Shown: positions 1 through 11,650 of the stretch, one piece after another
Layout of the letters: every line of letters starts with the position of its first letter
Position numbering within the stretch: position 1 is the stretch's first letter
Notes under the pieces: model-generated
Told to the model about the DNA's origin: nothing
The model's database searches: none
The model's input: only the letters and a program-made list of their open reading frames with translations
Assembly: GCA_918797485.1 (NCBI GenBank)
Contig: CAKKNE010000005.1
Span: forward strand, 2,480,001 to 2,544,000
Direction: 5' to 3'
Length of the DNA: 64,000 bases
DNA from: Pelagomonas calceolata
Taxonomy: Eukaryota
Translations under genes and position numbers: made by a program

Positions 1-3000
1 TCTTGTCACCGCCCGCGAGCACGGAGGCGTCGACGTCTAAGATACGTGCCAGGTCCTTCTCGTCCCCGTCAGCCTCGACTAAAGCTCTGTCTACTGAGGC
101 CTTGTCGGCCGGCGACGGCGCGCAGACGCCAGCCGCAGCACCACCATCACATTCCAAGACCACCACAATGTTCTTGATGCGGCGGCGTGTTGTCGTGGGA
201 GGCAGGTAATTCGCGGTAAGATACAAGTCCTTTGGTAGGCCGCCGGGCGCGTCGACGACGCCCTTCTTGCGGGTCGCGGCGACGGGGCGGACTTCCGTCC
301 AGGGTCGAAAAACGCCGCCTTTCCAGGCCGGAGCGTCGAGGAGCGAGACCTCCCAGGGCGTCTCCCCCTCATGATCGCGGTCGTAATCTCCAGGTAGCGG
401 TTCCTCGACCTCCTGTTCCTGCTCTTGCTCCTGCTCTTGCTCCTGCTCCTGCTCTTGTTCCTGCTCTTGTTCTTGCTCCGCTTCTTCCTCTTTCTCGTCT
501 TCGAGCGCGGCCGCAGCGTCGTCGGCGCCGCCGCCGCCGTCGGCCTCGGCTCGGGCGATGGATAAAGCCACGACTTGGGCGGACCGCTCGTCCTGGAGCC
601 AGCGCGGGCGCCGCGACTCGACCAGCCTCTTTAATTCGTCAAGCTGGTCCGGCGGACCCTCCAACGAATTCGGCACCGACGTGTCGACCGCCTCGGAGAA
701 GATCTCGACGCAGGCCGGGTCCGGCGGCGAGCCGGCCTCGGCCAGAAGTTTCGCAAAGGCCTGCTTGCGCCACACCGAGTTGCACGTCTGTATGGTGAGC
801 AGTCGGCCCTGGGCGATCTCCGTACTGAATCCTTGGGCGTAGAGATAAGCGGCGATGTCGCCCAACGCTAGTTCGCTGCCCGCCGTCTTGATCTGGGCGC
901 GGACCTCCGGAATCAACGCGTAGCGGAGCGTTTGTCCGCGACCGACGCCTCTCATTCGATATGCCGCCTGGGCGAGGTCCCGAAATGACATATCCTTCGA
1001 GACGGACACTATAGCGACGCACACGGACGTCTGTTTGATGTCCATCCCCGTGCAGTGGGCCTGGTCATAGAAAGTAAAGCGCCGGGCCATGTCGACGCCA
1101 GCCGATGCCAACGGTAAGGGGCGGTCCACGCCTCGCTTCAGGACCATCTTCTTGCCCGCGCCGTCGAGGTAGACGACGGCCTGGTACGTCTCGGGCAGCA
1201 GCTTGAGGAGCTCCGTCGCGACCCCCAGGTTATTTAGACCCGTGATCAGCGCGCCGGCGTCGATCAATGCATGTGCACCAGATTTGGCCACCTGCTCGAG
1301 AAACGAATTGGGAGACCAGTTGTCGTCGAGCGGCCACACCTCGGCCACCGTCGGATCGGTCAGCGTCTCCAAAATTCGCGCGTCGTCACCCGCGGCGAAC
1401 GCCGCTTCGCCGAGCTCTTCCGGTAACAAATCGTTTGGCGTCCCGCTAAAGCCGAGTCGCTTCTCGAATAACAGCGACCCTCCGAGCGCTTGTCCCGACG
1501 CCGACAGCTTCGACGCGCGGACCACGAGAGCCGTCGGGAACGCGTGCTGGTCTAAATAACGGAACGCGGCCCGCGGGGCCTTGTGCAGGAGGCGAGCGAG
1601 TGCATCCACTTGAGCCGGGTCTCTCACGTCGAGAGAGTTCAGCGGCCAGAGCCGCTGCCAGATGTCGCGCTCGTCGTCATTTATAGGTTCCGCGAGGAGC
1701 GGCGACGCCGGGCTGGCGTCGCTGTCGCGGCGCGACAGCGAGTTGACGTCTCCGCGGACGCGGCCGCCCGCCGACTCTACTAATTCTTTGTACGCGAGCG
1801 CGGCCGGCCGTTTCGACGAAACGCCGTGCTGCTGAGCAAAGTCGTCCCGCAGACCGCGCAGCATCGCCGCAACCGCGTCGCGTCGCATGCCTTCGTGGCG
1901 GAGTGCGAGGATCGTTAGACCGATCGCTACCTCTGGTTGCGAGTACTCGGACGCTTCGGAGGGCACGTCCTTGCCGATGAAGGGTACGGCGAGCAGCTTC
2001 CGGCCGCGCGACTCGCGAGCCCGGAGCTCCTCGGGCGCTAGCGTACCGTACGAGACGCGGTTGACCTTCGACAAAACCCACGGCAAATAGGTCTGGAGCC
2101 ACTGCTGCGCGAGGTTCAGATACTTGCACTCGATGTCGCCCAGGCGCCCGACCGCGGAGCACGCTTGCGGCGAGGGCGAGGCCGATACGTAAGACGCCGC
2201 GTCCTGGGCTGAGAGCGACGAGCCCACCACTCCTTCGGTCCGCAGAAATGCGGCCGCCAGAGCCGTCAACGGCTCGAGCATCTCAGAAGCGTAGAAGTGC
2301 CTATCAACCACTACTAAATGAGGCGTCCGCTGGAGGGCCTTGGCCGCCGAGCCCTTCTGGACCGCGGCTTCTAGACGCGTGCGCGCCGCGGCGTCGTCGT
2401 CATCAGCATCAATGACGCCGGCCGGCGCGCCGGAAGCTCGCAGGCACGCGTCGATGAGGAACCACGGAAGGCGCCAACGCGCACCGGTCGTACTTATCTG
2501 ACAACCTGGAGAGGACGTCGTCATATCTAAGGGTTCTTCTCCTCCTAGCGGCCAATTCAGCTCGCTCTTCAGCGGATGCAATAACATATCAACCTCGTCT
2601 AGTAAAGCACACCCCTTCCTTAGCACGCCATAAGCCTCGACGAAGCGCTTGGCCTCGACCTCCCTGGCTTGAGCCTGGAGCGCGAGGCGCTTGGCCCGCT
2701 TACCTTCGGCGCCCGTGAGCGCGCCCGAGATTTGGCCCACGATGGACTTCTTTTCTTTTCCGGCGACGGTCTGCTTCTTCGCCGCGAGGTAGGTCTCGTG
2801 GTTGAGTTCGGCGAACTTTAAAACAAAAGCCTTGACGTCCGAGGGCGCGGCAACCACAACTCCTCCCGCGTCGCGACAAAAGCGGAGCCGCCGCACCAGC
2901 GCGTCGTCGACGGTCGACGTGCGCGCGAAAGAGAACGTAAACACCGGCTTCAGACACACCGGAGAGCTAAATGTCGACCGGTAGACGTCGCGCGTCATCT

Positions 3001-6000
3001 CCACCAAGGCGCGCGGCGCCACTGCCGTAACTAACGAATCGCCGTTGGCTAAGCAAAGCGCGAGCAAGGGAGCAACTACTGTAGTCTTGCCGGCGCCCAT
3101 TACCATTTGGTGCACGAGGCCGCTCTTGTCGGTGAGGGCCTGTCGGAACGTCCGCACGAGCTCTAATTGTTGGTCGCGCAGCACGACCGACGCCGTAAGC
3201 TCGAAGACCAAGTAGCGCGGGTCGACTGAAACCGCGGATGGCGACCGCTCTAGAGTCACGCGCTTAGATACGAGCGCTGCGACACAGGCCTCGGCCGCGA
3301 GCGCGATCTCCGACGGCGGCGCGCCGCGCTCGACGGCCTTGGCCAGCGCCGAGGCCTTGGCGGCTGCAAAGCGTCTCGCGACGAGCCGTCCAAAGAGTAC
3401 GGCGCAGCTCGCTGTGGCGTCGAGCACCGCCGGCGAGTCGCACGAGGCATTAAATGAGGACAGGTCCGCCTCGCCGCTCGTCGATAGCAACGCCCGCGCG
3501 CAGCGAGCGAAGTCGATGGACGGCGCCGTTCGCGCCAGCGACCGCCGCACGGCATCGCGCCGCTCGCCGGCATTGGCGAGCGCCTCGACGCTTTGAATCG
3601 CCGTCGTGACCTCCTTGACATCGGCCGCGGCCGCCGCGGACAGGTCGTTGACGAGCTGCCGCGTGGACGCGGCGTCGAGCGACGGCAGCGTCGGCTTCGT
3701 CTTCGTCGCGGCTCGTTCGTCGGCCGCGTACTTGATGTCTCGCGCGAGGCGCTCAAGCGTCTTGCGCGCGGTGAGCTTCGAGGTCAAGTCGGGCCGCGCC
3801 AGGTCGAAGGGCGCCGGCTTGGCGACGTAGGTCGGCGCCTTGACGTCGGCGACGTGCGAGTCCTTGAGGGCCTGACCGACGGCGACCTCGTTGAGCACGT
3901 CCGCGAAGCCGTCGCCGAAGGCGAACTTTTGCCGGTCGGCCGACGTCGCCGCCGCGGGCGCCGCCCGGGCGGTGATAGTCGTCGGCGCGCGGAACGGCGC
4001 AGCCGTGTCGGCCGCGCGCGGCGGCAGCGGAGGCGGAGCCGTCACATTGGCTTTGAGGAAGTCGTGGACTCGTTGTAGCACTAGAGCGTTCGCCGCGGCG
4101 ACGACATCGGGGGCGTCTCTTTTGGACTGTTTCGTCCCTTCAGCGACGGCCTGGCCCTGCTTCATAGCCGTACGTGCGGCACCCGATAATTTTCCGAAGA
4201 AGCCCTTGCCCTGTTCCCGCGTCGCCACGGCCTCCTGGAGCGCCATCTCGTAGGTGGGTAGCGTCTTCCCGAGGGCCGCTGCTTTTTCAGGGTTTCGTGC
4301 CAACAGCTGGAGGATCGACAACAGACCCTTATCGGTTGGGATGAGATAGTCCGAGTTGGCCAGTAAAAGTAGCGCCAGATGACGCGGCTCGCAGCCATCA
4401 GCGCCTCGGTGGCCGATTAATAACTCGAGTAGGAGTATGAAGTCGCCCTTGATCTTCACGCACGGAGCCTTCGCCGCGAAGCGTTTCAGCACGAACGCGA
4501 TGGACACCGGCGCGTTACCGGCGCCTGGTACTGATGGGCCTAAGTCCGCGAGCCAGTGGTGGCCGTCGGCGACGCCTAGAGCTTCCGTTGACCAGTCTCT
4601 GATGACCGTCGGCTTGTCCTTCGGGCCGCGTGGCTGCGACAGAGCGGTCACGTCGAGCGGGAAATCGTAGAACGTGTCCACGGTCGCCGGCGACGCCTTC
4701 AGGGGCCAGAGATCTAAGCGCCACGACGAGACGGCCGTGCCCAACGCGGCGGCGTTTGCTAAGGCCGCACGATTTACGAGAACAGCATCCGTGACAACGT
4801 CACAAAACGCTGCAACGGACGCCTCTTCGCCAGGCGACAATACGAGTCTCGCGTCCGCGGCGGAGGTCCGCAGCGCGTACGAGCGCCAGGCGCGCGTCAG
4901 CGACGCGTTAGCGCGGCGCGTCGGCGTGAACGACAGGGCAGCGGCGTCAGAGTGCGAAGCCCTCGTGGCGAGGGCTACTCTTAATCTCAGTACATCCGCG
5001 TCGACCGTGCGGTCGTCGGCCAAAACGTCCTCGAGCGCGCCAATCCACTGGGCCTCGTCGGGCAGGAGCGCGGCGTCGGACGCCATCGCTGGACAGGCCT
5101 CGCAGGCGCCGGCTAACGAGTCGAGGCCCCGCGCGGCGCGCCAGCCGACCAGAGCTAACGTGGCCGCGAGCGAGGGCGACGTGACCCATGACTGCGATAG
5201 GTGTACCGGGTACGCGTGGACTTTTCCACCCGCGACTCGTGAGAGCCACTTCGCATCGTTCCTTTCGGCGACGAGGCGCCCGCCGTTGAGACCTGGTTTC
5301 GCGAGCGCCGACGACACAATGACGAACTCGGACCGCTCGAACGCCGACTCGGCCGCGAGCGCCACGCCAGGCAGGGGCGCCGCGAGCTTCGCGACTTGCG
5401 TCGGAGTGGCGTCGAGTGTCAGATCGTAGCCGTGGAAGTCGCTGCTTGCCCAGCGCTGCGGCCCGCTCGCGTCGAAGGACAGCTCCAGTCGAGGCAGCTC
5501 GATGCGCGTGATAGTACCGGAGCCGTCGGCCCAGGCGAGCACGTGCGCGAGGGAGTCGAGCTTTATCAGCCGGCAGGCGAGCGCGGCCGTCGGCGAGCCT
5601 GGTTTGCCCGCGCGCAAATCAACGAGCCGCAGATCGCCTCGTTTGACGGTCGCCGCGCCGTTGGCATCGATGCTTACAGTAATCGATGGACCATTCTGGC
5701 GCGCCGCGCCCTCGAGGACCACACTTTCGGCAGCTCCCGTCTTCGCGCGGTACCAGAAGCGGTGCGATGCTAACAGCGCCGCGGGCAACAGACCGCGTAG
5801 CGCATAGGACGGCGCCAGCCGCTCGACGCCCTCAGGAGTCGACCGCGTGACAACGAGAGACGGCCCAGTCAAGCCAGCAAAGCCCGAGCGCCGGTCGAGC
5901 TCACCAGCCTCGGCGACAACTGGCGGAGCGGAAGGGTCCTCGTCTTCCTCGTCGTCGTCACCATCGACGTCGTCCGAGATGGGAAGACCGTCATCTAATG

Positions 6001-9000
6001 ACACCTCGGCGTCGCTCGCGAAGACCGACGTCCAGCCCTCTCTACGACCGTGAACGCATCGAGCAAAGACTTGCACCGACAAAGGCTCCCTCAGTACTAG
6101 ACCGCGGCACTCCCGACTATCAATGCGCCCAGACACGACGGCGGTGCCCGCGTCTTCTTGCAACACGCGTCCCCAGGACGCGCCCGAGCCGTCGCGTTTG
6201 AGCGCGGCGGACACCCACGACGAACTAAGTAATCCGGCGGCGCCCGACGTCGACGCCATGAGTGAGGCGCGCTCGGACTTGGAGATCGGCGGCGGCGCGG
6301 CCCACAGCGCGACGTCACATCTCAAGCCCACGCACCGACGGAGTTTCCGCATTTCCGAGGTTTGAATTTCGGCGCACTGGACCTCGCGCGACGCCTCGGC
6401 GCCAAAGCACTCGGCGAAGTCGGACCGCGCCGTGAAGTCGTCCTCGAGGATCTTCAGCTTCCTCGAGCGCACCACGAACTCACAAGTCATGAGGTTGATC
6501 TCGACGTCGCTCGCGGCCGCCAGGCCATCAATGCACCCGGCGAGCCATGCCGCGTAGCTGAGCTTGGCGTCGTCGGCCTTGGCCTCGCTCGGCGGCGGGA
6601 GCTTGGGCGTGAACCGGCCGGCGCACCGCTTCGTTGTGGCCCAGCCCTTGTGCGCACCTTCGAGCTCGACCCACTTTCGGGCCTCGGCGGGCGGCTTCAC
6701 ATTAGTCAACGCCGCGACGGCGTCCTCGAAGCAGGCGTCGGCCTTGCCGTCGCGCGCGAGCGCGAGGACAAAGGGCCGGAGCGTCGCGAAGCAGCCGAAG
6801 AGCTCGCTGTGCGTCGTCCCTAGTGAAGCCCGCTCCTTCACGACCGTCTTCTTCTTCGGGTTTTTGGACGGCGGCGCAAAATTCCAATTTTGAGAGAGGA
6901 ACAATTGCGCGCCGACAACGGAGGCGCATCGCGCATCGTCCTCGAGGCACGGCGGCCGCGCGATGCAGGCCAAGACCGCGCGCACGGCGCAGGACTCGGC
7001 TAATGAGTCCCGAGACTCCGCGGCCGAACGCCGGAGCCACCTATCTAACATGGGCGGCGCGTCGTCGCGCAGGATCCCACCTAGCACGCCGCGGAGCTCG
7101 GCCACGCCGGCGGCGCTCACCTCAGGTACGCGCGAGCCGCGGACGCGCGTTTCCTTGTCCTGTACGAGGGCAGCGTAGCCGTCCAGGCGGCTCAGTAAAC
7201 GCAGCGCGTAGAGAATGGCCGCCGCGTGGCCGCCCTCGGCGACGCCTCGAGACGTCCCCGGGTCGAGCTCGCTAATTCGCGTCCGGAAGCCCTTTGCAGC
7301 GGCAACCAACATGTCCGGCGACCGGTGGAGCTCGTTCACGAGGAGACCGAGCGTCGTCGATAGCTTCTCCTTGGGCGCCGGCGCCGTCGACGGGGCGTTG
7401 TGGCGCTTCTCCGGTGCCGGCGCGAACCAGGCGTCGGCGGGGTCAGGCGACGCGTAGGCGCCCGGCTCGAATAACGCCGCATCTAAAACTCTTTGCATCT
7501 CGATGCACCCTAGTGCCGCGAAGCGCGCCGGCGCCGAGAAGAACTGCAGGAGCAGAGGAATTCGTAGATACGGCGCCGTCAAGTAACTACAGACGAGCTC
7601 CGCGTCCGCGGCGCCCAGCGAGCCGTCGAACGTCGGCATCTTTTGCACGTAGAGCACGTCCGTCTCCGTCTCGATTTGCTCCCCACATAGTACGGACGGA
7701 TTGGCCGCGGACGGCGGCGCCTCGAGCTCCGAGGGCTTCCTGCGGAACATGTTGGCCGCCGAACCGAAGAAGCCCGCCGACGGCGACAGGTGCGCGGGAT
7801 CGACGTCCTGGCCGTTTCTCAGCTTCACCGAGAGCGCACCCTGTGTGGAAATCAAATAATTTCAGGCGCCACACGCCATCGAAGCGACACATCGTCCCAA
7901 AAAATTAATGAGCCATTGGTTGGTTTTCTACACAGGCCCTATACCTTCTTCGCAGTCCAAACTTGGCCGAGCTGCGCCGGCCGCCACAGTTTCTTCTTCG
8001 ACGGGGGCTTGACGGCGTCGCCCAGGTGCGGCGCAAGCATCAGTCTCCACGCCAGGTGGGCGTCGCGGAATGCCTCCAGCGCCGGCGCCGCGTCGACGAT
8101 TTCCGTCTCCGTGCCCGCGAGGTACGCGGCCAATACTTCGTCGTCCGCGGCGAAGCCTAGTTCATGCGCCACCTCTCCGACGAGAAGCTTATCAGTCGCG
8201 CCGAGGGCCGAGAGCGGCTCGGCCTCGCTCCAGGCGAAGATCTGCGGCTTGGCCTTGAGCGACCTCAGGTAGTCTAACGATGCCGCTCGCGCCGCGCAGG
8301 CCGCCGGGTCCAATAGCAGAGACGTCGCCGTGATCGCCTCGAGGACGCCGCCCGCGCTTGCGGCCCCCGCGGCGTAGCCCGCCGAAGGCCGATCCGCCTT
8401 GCCAGCATACCGTCGGCAGAACGCGTCGTCCTGCCCACTGCCGCTTTCGATTGTAGACATCCGTGCTGCGGCGTCGATGAGGCACAACATAGCACCAGCG
8501 CAGCACACTCTATTCGCGTCACCTTCTCTCGTCGGCGCCGCCCGGGGAGAGAGGCACGCCGAGGCGTACTGCCGCGCCACGAGGCCCGCCAGGCGCAAAA
8601 CCTCCACCCTATCAGCGTCTGTGGCGTCGCCGCTCGCCCACGCGCAGGCCTCGTGCGGCACGTCGACGGGAGCTGGGGCGGGCAGGCACCGGAACGCCGC
8701 GTGCTCGACGAGACTGATTCGCAGCCAGCGGCCCTTCTCGTCGTTGCGGTCGTTGGCTAATAAAGTGCCGGCATCGACCACGGCTCGCAAGCACGTCAAG
8801 ACTTCGCGCACGGTCTTGGCGGGCGATGGTGCGCCTAAATCCGCCGGCCGCACAATGGACACGGCCGCGGCACCGCCGGCGAGCGCGTCCTCGTCCACGA
8901 TTTCGTTGAATTTGTCGAAGAGCGGGAAGGCCGTGGGCACGGGCGCGTCTCCGGTAACAGCGGCTAGCGCTGGTGGTGGGTCGGCCGCGTCCCTCAACGC

Positions 9001-10342
9001 GACGGACGCCTTCTCAACGCTCGCCAAAACTTCGTCGGCGAGGGCTTCGGACGTCGCGAACGCTGCGAGGCCCCGCGACGCCGCGTGCAGGGCTCTTTTC
9101 AGGGCGCGGTCGTCCATATTTTCCTTCTGGGCCTCAGCCAGACCCCAGCGAGCGATGGTCACGCGCGTCTCGACGACTGCGGCGAAGGCTTCTGCCTCGC
9201 TCTTCGCCTCCAACGCGAAGCGCATCGCGGCTAACAACGCCGCGGCGCCGGAGCTGTCCTCATCATCATCGTCGTCGTCGTCCGCGACGGCGTCGTCGTC
9301 CTCTTTGTCTGCGCTAGTAGAGCCGCCGAACTGCGCCTGGAGTAGGGCGCCCGCGGCGCCGGCCGACGACAGCGCGCCGGCCGCAGCATTCTGGAGCGCG
9401 GCCGCCGCGGCGTCGACGGTGTTTGGAGGGGAAGCTTGCTTCACGGCGGCCTTGTTGGCTCGTTCCTGGCGCGCCGGAGCCAGCACCGGCGCGAAGCCGC
9501 CGCCGTGGGTAGGCCGCCGGCTTGATGCGAAGAACGGTAAAGCCGCGGCGTAGCACGCCCTCGCCGCAGCGACGTTATCGCTCTGGCCGCGTTTCGCGCC
9601 GGCAGGTGCGGCCGCGAGGTTGGCCCAGGCCGCCGGAGAAACGATCCGCTCGGCGTCGCAGTTCTCGACTACGGCCAGCGCGGCCCGCTCGACCGCCCCG
9701 TCTTGGCCCACGCGGTATTCGTGCCACGCGAGCGCTTCGGCGCCGACGCCACTCACTGCGACGTCGTAGGAGCCGTCCGACTTGCGGCGGGCTGCGCAGT
9801 AGCCCGCCGCGACCGGCGCGACGAAGCCGTCGCCAGGCTTGAGGTCTCTCGCCTTGGAGGCCAGCGAGGCGCCCAGCGCGCCGCTCGGGCGGCGCCAACC
9901 GGCCAGAGGTGCGACCTGTGAATTATTGATTGAGAGCGCGTGCGAGCTGTTTTTATTCAGACGCTGCCAAACGGACGAGTCGCTGCAGCGCGGCGCGCCT
10001 TGGCGCAGACGTGGACTCAATTCGAGCGCACGCCGCGACGACCATCGCGAGCCCTTCGGACCGCGCGCCGCCGGGTAGATCTGTGCGTTCTCTGTGCGCC
10101 GGGCACAACGCGTCGCGCCATGCTGAGCCGAGCGCGAGGGTTTTGGGAGGCGTAACCGCATCCGTGCTGCCAAATAACGTTGCGGCTGCGGAAGCTGCTC
10201 CAGTCTGAATGATGCTCTCCATGGCTGTAGGAGTGCTAGCGGTTGCTTGCGCTGCTGTCTGCGACGCAGCTGTCGCAGCGCTGCTCGCGAGGTCACTGGC
10301 TCCCGCTGCAGCGCTCGCTATGGCACTGTAGAGGCCGTCCAT
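1..10342 (-). CDS. Giant DUF3638/DUF3645-type P-loop (SF2 helicase-like) protein, >3300 aa, 3' end beyond the window's left edge
   Basis: Predicted exons 10342-9977, 9915-7945 and 7840-<1. The last exon appears stop-free to the edge, so it is absent from the ORF track. Hand translation gives HQMVMGAGKTTVVAPLL (~3061-3112), LLDEVDMLLHPLKSELNWP (~2550-2605), RKLLAVPFIGKDVPSEASEYSQPEV (~1930-2005), GFSGTP (~1440), YDQAHCTGMDIK (~1035-1070), QAAYRMR (~950-970) and an (EQ)n tract (~410-480). The first-intron donor is uncertain. Confidence 0.85.
7841..7944 (-). mobile_element. Introner-like element forming a GT-AG intron (104 nt)
   Basis: Imperfect TIRs CTGTGTGGAAATCA (7841) and TGGTTTTCTACACAG (ends 7935), plus internal motif CACGCCATCGAAGCGAC. 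Removal joins ...AKK|GALSVK... in frame. The TSD is decayed. Confidence 0.8.
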
Positions 10343-10592
10343 CTGTAGGGGAGCCAGAGCCTTTTCACAGCCACTCATTCCTCTTTTGCAATTCGGGCTC
10401 GTATGAAACCGCCGCGCGCGCATCATGAATACATTCGCCACACGGACCCGTCCGGTCAAGATTTGGTCGGATAAAGGTACTGGGAGCCGAATTGGACGCG
10501 ACGCGCGACCGCGCTTGACGACGGCCAAAGGGGCTCTAGATACTATAAGTGCAGCGTTAAATAACATTGGGGATTTGTGGGGGCGAATTCGG

Positions 10593-11276
10593 TCAGTACA
10601 CGTCGGGCGGACGGTTGTCCGGGATGCCACCCGGCGACGCACGGTGGAGGTGCACGGAGAGCGCGTAATTCGTCCGCTCGGCGCGGCGCAGGCGCTCGGC
10701 CTGGGCGGACACCGTGCGCTCCAGCGCTGCCTTCTCGCAGTCCGTCGCCTCGAGTCGCCTAGCCTGTACGGCCACGGCCCGCTTCAGAACTTGATTCTCG
10801 CGTTCGAGGCGGTCCGCCCGCTGGTCGGCTTGGCGTGCGGAGCGCGCGCTCACAAAGGACTCGAAGGCGCGCAGGGCTCGCGCGGCCCGCTGGCGCGCGT
10901 CGGGAATGTCGCTCGACCGAGCCATCTCCGCCACGAAGGCGCCGACCCAGTCGTCGGGTGATCGCGCGGTCTCGATCGTGGCCGCGGGCTCCGGCTCGGG
11001 AGCTTTGGGCGGTGAGGGCGGGGCCGTGCGCGCCGCCGTGGAGGCGAGCGCGAGCGCGCTTAGTCTGGCGACCGCGCTGTCAATGTCGCCCTTGCAGGCG
11101 TCGAAGACCGTACGGATAGTTTGATCGTCTACCATGGGAAATAGGCCGCGGAGTCGGGCGTAGCCGTCGAATCGAGTTCGTTTCGTCGTCGGCGCCGCGA
11201 TCGGCGAGATGTCGGCACAAAAACCGCGTTTTCGTGAGACGGTGGACTGTGGGCTCGGGGCGACCAGGGACGCCAT
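10593..11276 (-). CDS. CUE (ubiquitin-binding) domain coiled-coil protein
   Basis: LRGLFPMVDDQTIRTVFDACKGDIDSAVARL is CUE-like. WVGAFVAEM, ENQVLKRAVAVQ, NYALSVHL and terminal PPDVY resemble the plant Cue-protein family. Confidence 0.8.
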   Translation of the reverse strand: MASLVAPSPQSTVSRKRGFCADISPIAAPTTKRTRFDGYARLRGLFPMVDDQTIRTVFDACKGDIDSAVARLSALALASTAARTAPPSPPKAPEPEPAATIETARSPDDWVGAFVAEMARSSDIPDARQRAARALRAFESFVSARSARQADQRADRLERENQVLKRAVAVQARRLEATDCEKAALERTVSAQAERLRRAERTNYALSVHLHRASPGGIPDNRPPDVY

Positions 11277-11545
11277 CTACGTCCCGCGCCGTCCGCGAAC
11301 CGGCTCGTGTACCGCGGTGCTATTTAGGCCTCGCAAGAGGCGGGCGGGGCCGCGCGGGGCCGCGCGCTGCGAATATTCGCGTCCTTGACCTCTCCTCAGT
11401 TTCTCCTCGCCGCGCGGCCGTGGGGGGCGGCGCGGGCGGGACTGGGCGGCGCTGGGCCTTTGTAGAGCGAGGAGGCCTCGGCTGGGTCTCGCGCAGCCGC
11501 GCGGTGGGCTAGGACGGTGCGCGACTGCAAAGCCGCCTACGACTT

Positions 11546-11570
11546 CCTAGTGTCTTTAAAGGACGCTAGC
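11546..11570 (-). promoter_or_regulatory. Spaced palindromic intergenic motif copy
   Basis: Minus strand GCTAGCG-TCCTTTAAAGA-CACTAGG, ~270 bp upstream of the CUE gene. Confidence 0.65.
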
Positions 11571-11650
11571 AGAATTTTCCCTAACGCAAAAGGCGGAACG
11601 AAGAGGACTCCCCGAGGTCGTCGACGAGTCCAAGAGACAAGAAAACTGAT

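Noticed and set aside
9916..9976. Introns at 9916-9976 and 31775-31837 as introner copies
   Set aside because: No recognisable TIR pair or internal family motif, so treated as ordinary short introns.
7939..10642. ORFs 7939-10296 and 9953-10642 as independent genes
   Set aside because: Better explained as exons 2 and 1 of the giant gene, joined through phase-compatible introns.
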